Notes under the pieces: generated by a model
Database searches by the model: none
What the model saw: the letters and a program-made list of their open reading frames with translations, nothing else
Told to the model about the DNA's origin: nothing
Translations under genes and position numbers: made by a program
NCBI GenBank assembly: GCA_000165425.1
Contig: CT868418.1
Span: forward strand, 124,001-188,000
Direction of reading: 5' to 3'
DNA: 64,000 bases
Origin: Paramecium tetraurelia
Taxonomy: Eukaryota
In this document: piece after piece, positions 59,252-64,000 of the stretch
Position numbering within the stretch: the first letter of the stretch is position 1
Layout: each line of letters begins with the position of its first letter

Positions 59252-60030
59252 TGAATTATAAAGAGATTTACATTTATTCATTTATTATATATTTATCTGT
59301 CTTTATGTTAAAGATGCCCATATTCTTGATTTTGGTGATTTGAAATGAAGAAAAGCCTTAAATTCCAATTATACCTCTGCTTCTCTAAATATTCTATTTT
59401 ATAATAGATAAGTTCTTCAACCAAATCATTTACTATTTTCTTGATTAATCCTTATGCTTATAGAATGCATGGAGATTTATTAATGGCCTCTAATAATGTT
59501 AAATGAACTTATAAACATATTGGTACAATAGTGTGAGTCTATAACACTAAATTCTTAACCTTGGACATAAAAATAAATAATAGTAATATTTTAAATGATA
59601 TTTCAAAGATATACTATATTTCAAGTAAAGCATTCTTCTCAGGTCTTGTGTTATTTTAATGAAGAATTAATTTTTAATTCATAAGTTAAAAGTGAAGAAA
59701 TAAATGTGGAATATTCCAAAATCTCAAATAGAAACTTATAATTTATTTAGTATCTTCCACGAGACATCAAAAGCTTTTTAAAAGATTCTTTTTAACACTT
59801 TTGGAAATGAATCAAAGAAATTCTCATTGCTCTATAAAAATATAAATTATCCTTAATGAAACTTCAATTTATGGATCATCATTTTTTAGTTTTATTATTA
59901 TTTAAATTACTATTTTGAGCTCAGATAGTATTAAATAATTCAAATAAGAGGAATAGAAGCATTGTATAATGTATATTACAAAAAATAGTGCAATTCTAAA
60001 ATATAACAATATTATCATTTAAAAAAGTAC

Positions 60031-61426
60031 TCATTGTTATTACTTTTATTTTGCATTTGAAAAGTTTTATTGACCTTAGATTTTTTTGGTGTCAACTGGA
60101 GAATTTTTAGCACTTTGAGACATCTAAACGAAACTTTATTATTTTTGACGGCTCGATTAAATAGCTTAGATTTTTGGAGTATCAATCAAGGATATCGTAA
60201 GTGATTTTGGCAATCTTGCTGTTAACACTTCAATTTTTTCATGCTATTTATGAAATAACAGATGTATCTTAGCTTACTGGGATGTTATTCTACTTTAAGG
60301 ATTTGCATCAATCATTTTAGATAATAAATCTTAGCACTCATTTGAAATGATTAGTTTCTTCAAATCAATATTGCTTAACATATTTTATTGCAATTAAGTT
60401 GCATAATCAATTTTTTCAAACGGAGACTTTCCTCCATTTATTAACATATAAAATACTATACCAACACTATAGACATCGACTTTATAGTCATATATTTTAT
60501 TCATAATGAGTTCTGGGGCCAAATATCCTGCTGTTCCACACCTAGAAAAGAGGTACTTTCCATCTTTTCTGTAAAAGTCTGCCAATCCAAAATCAGCTAT
60601 GACTATATCTTCTATGTTCTATGCATATCGAAATATCAAATTTTCAGGTTTCAAATCTCTATGTATTATGCCTTTTGAATGAATATAAGCCAAAGCATCT
60701 ATAATTTTATAAATGATTGAAACACACTAGTCTTAATTTAGTTTCTTCTCATTCATTAGTTGTTTTAGCTCTCCACCTTTTAACAATTCATAGACAACAA
60801 AAATATGTGTTTCACTTTCATATGTTTCCAAAAGTTTAATAACTCGGGGATGCTAGACAATTCTAAGAATGTCAATTTCTCTTAAGATTGCCTCTATTTC
60901 TATCTACTTTTGTAAATTGCTTTTGTCAAAAGTCTTAACTGCGTATTCACTTTTATTTTATTTTTGAATAGCTTTGTAGACCTTTTAAATAAAAATAATA
61001 TATACCTTACCATAGGTGCCTTTGCCTATTAGGTTTCCAATGCTATAATTGTTCAAGAAATCGACTTATATGCAATATAATTTCAAGTGGTCAAACCATT
61101 CTGTGATTTAACCATAGAATTCAAATTGAAAATTGCCTGAAGTAATCATAATCCCATCTCCATTTTGATAATGATGAATTTTTTTTAATACACAATTTTT
61201 CACATCTAAAAACTTGATTTTGTTCTTCCTATATAAAGAATTATTTTACATTTTTACATTACTTCAGAATTCTTGAACCAGTTTTTATGAGAGTCTTAAA
61301 CTGAAATTCCTTCTTCTTATTAGAAAAAACATATAATTACAGAGTCTTAAAATCACTTGAAGGTTTTTCATTCAGTAATTCCCATTTTACATTGTGATTA
61401 AATAAAGAACTCGGTTAAAAATTCAT
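60031..61426 (-). CDS. Ser/Thr kinase (CAMK-like) with PH-like N-terminal region
   Basis: [45 protein letters not shown]; start approximate. Confidence 0.88.
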
Positions 61427-61466
61427 ATGAATTAAAATTAAATTATATAAATTAATACAATATTTA

Positions 61467-62940
61467 TCAAGAGAATTGTTCAAGTTTAGTTGAAGATTGT
61501 ACAGGCGATAATTAAGGAGACCTATGAGAGAAGGTTAGCATTTTTTAAAATCCTCTTCTAATAGCCTCTTATTTCATATTGTTAATGGGCTTAAATGATA
61601 AGTTTTATAACTTAGGTGATAATTGCAAGTACTTATCTAAATTGTTATTCGTGTTTATTATGAGTTTTGGAGTGGATATTTTATCAATGCTTTTAGGAGT
61701 TTTCCTGATAATAATAGTGCATTTATTGGCTCTGTGATTTCGAAAGACTTGATGATTCAAAGCTGCTCTTACTGATATCCTTCTAATATTATCAGGTTCA
61801 AGCATGTTCTGTAATAGATTAAATGCTGATTCAGAGGCATTTGAAACCAAAGAATAATCTATTAAACTTTTATAATTTTGGAACAATTTCTCCTCTGGAT
61901 CTGTACTTTTGAAAGGAGATTTGCCACCACTCAACATCATAAAAAGAATGACACCCGCACTATAAACATCTATTTTGTAGTCGTATATCTTGTCTTGTAA
62001 AATTTCTGGAGCAACATAACCTGGAGTCCCACATCTAGTGTAAATATACTTTCCATCGACCCTATAGAATTCTGCCAACCCAAAATCTGCTATGACTATT
62101 GATAATGTGTTTTTGGCTCTTAAGAGAAGGTTGGATGGCTTCAAGTCTCTGTGTAAGATTCCTTTAGAGTGAATATAAAGGAGCGCTTATAACACTTATT
62201 TTATTATTAATAAGGATTCTTCTTCCGAAAGATGCTTTTCCTTTATAAAAGTGTATAATTCCCCTTACTCCACCATTTCATATATTAAAATAATCTGTTC
62301 ATCACTTTCATATGTTTCAAAAAATTTGGTAATTCCTGGATGGCTTAGACTTCTGATTATTTGAAGTTCCTTTGTTATCAATAAGTAATCTTGATAGTTA
62401 ATAATTGTCTTCTTGTCAAATACTTTGGCAGCAAAGTCTCTTTGGGTAATTCTTGATTTTATTTTGAACACCTAAGATTTTTTAAATATTTTAATACTTT
62501 ACTAAATGTACCTTTTCCCAGTAACCTATGGATACTATACTTGTTAGCGAAATCTTGTTGAATGCAATAAAATCTTAATTATTCAAGCCAGGCTATCGTC
62601 ATACCATATAATTCAATAACCTGACCTGCCTTAGTAATTCTGATTCCAGCACCGTAATTAGGTTGTTCAATTTCACAAATTGTTGCATTGAGAATATCTG
62701 CGATTTGATATTACCCCTGAGAATAGGATGAAATATTATTACATTCTTTTTTCTTTTAAAAATGAAATGATTTTACAAATACAATGTCTTAACCTTATAG
62801 CTATTGTGTTTGCAAGAGTAAATGTAAAAATTTTCTTAAATTGACTCATTTATATTGCGGGAAGCCGTTGTATTCTGCCATAAAGAGCCTTTTGATATGT
62901 CAAAGAATGAAGTTGAGCTCACTTACTTCTTTATGTTCAT
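61467..62940 (-). CDS. Ser/Thr kinase (CAMK-like) with PH-like N-terminal region
   Basis: LGKGTFSKV, FAAKVFDK, HRDLKPSN, IADFGLAEF, RCGTPGYVAPE. Confidence 0.9.
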
Positions 62941-63194
62941 AATTTTAATCAAAATACCCTAATCAAAATTCTAAATTTATATTATAAGTTATTATAATAT
63001 CTTAGAAGTTAATTATACTTAATAAAATTTTTGTCCATATGGATATATATTTTATTTTTACCAATTTATTACAAATAGGCTTTGTAATTATATTTATAAT
63101 GCAAATAGGATATAAACAAAAAAAGTGTAAAATTAGATAACTTGATGACCACAATATTTTATATTGGTATTTATAACTCGATATTATTATTAAT

Positions 63195-64000
63195 TCAAAT
63201 TTGTATAGGTATTCTTTGTAAATTTTGGGGCTTCCCAAATGGACCTTATAAAGGAGAGAAATTAGCGGCGTTAATTCTAGAGGGTGATTACAAAGGGGAG
63301 ACACATGATTATACAAATCTACTCTTTTGATCTTGAGGTGATTTAAGCTCTAATTTTGGACTTTATAAAGGTGAAGTTGTTCGGGAATCCCCTTGAGAAG
63401 GAATGCTGCCCAAACTACTCTAACTTCCGTATTGTTAGAAAACTGTTATATGTTTTCTAAAGAACGAACTTTATTTAATTTGATCTATAGAATATCTCTT
63501 AATAGGGTTTGGATCTAACATTCCTCTTAATAAATCAAGACATTCAATAGTAAATTGAAATTTAGTTAAATCTACCCATCCATTAAAATTGGCCATAACT
63601 GTTTAATCATAATTATTTGAATCGAATGGTCCTTTACCTACTAACAAGTAGTAGAACAGTATTCCACAACTATAGATATCAACTTTATAATCATAAATTT
63701 TATCTTGCAATAATTCCGGTGCAACAAATCCGGGAGTACCGCATCTTGTAAACATGTACTTGCAATCCTTTCTGAAGTAATCAGCCAATCCAAAATCAGC
63801 TAATACCACCTATTCTATCATTCCTTGCTCTCTCAGAATGATGTTTTCGGGCTTTATGTCTCTATGAATAATCCCATGAGAATGTATGTAGTTCAAGGCT
63901 TCTATCACTTATTGAATCACTATGAAAGCTCCATACTCTGAAAAGGTTCGAGTCTTCTTCAATTCTTAATGAAGCTCCCCTCCATTGAACAGCTATTGAA
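63195..64000 (-). CDS. Ser/Thr kinase (CAMK-like), 5' part outside the window
   Basis: [31 protein letters not shown]-rich tail ending at TGA 63195-63197. Confidence 0.88.

Overview
Gene-dense, very AT-rich eukaryotic DNA from a ciliate macronuclear-type genome, most likely Paramecium. Genes read through TAA/TAG (Gln), stop only at TGA, carry 20-30 nt GT..AG introns, and include a trichocyst matrix protein. The supplied standard-code ORF track therefore shows only fragments. I re-read the window by hand with the ciliate code and found about 40 genes. Recognisable ones are RPL29, eL41, mitochondrial L20, GPI8, ATG4, an SNF1-like kinase, a trichocyst matrix protein, an EGF-TM-RING ligase, two J-domain proteins, CFAP74, a C2H2 factor, a cytosolic carboxypeptidase, a CHAP amidase, two tandem Tubby genes, a Rim15/Greatwall-like kinase, a calpain, an ER cyclophilin and three tandem kinases. 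Several decayed pseudogenes are also present. The main highlights are a strongly divergent histone H4 variant, a C2H2 factor fused to a Cys/His-rich putative metal-sensing domain, a stand-alone glutathionylspermidine-amidase-type CHAP enzyme, and head-to-head genes whose ATGs are only 9-15 bp apart. Coordinates come from manual translation and some ends are approximate. No tRNA, rRNA, telomere, transposon or CRISPR was recognised.
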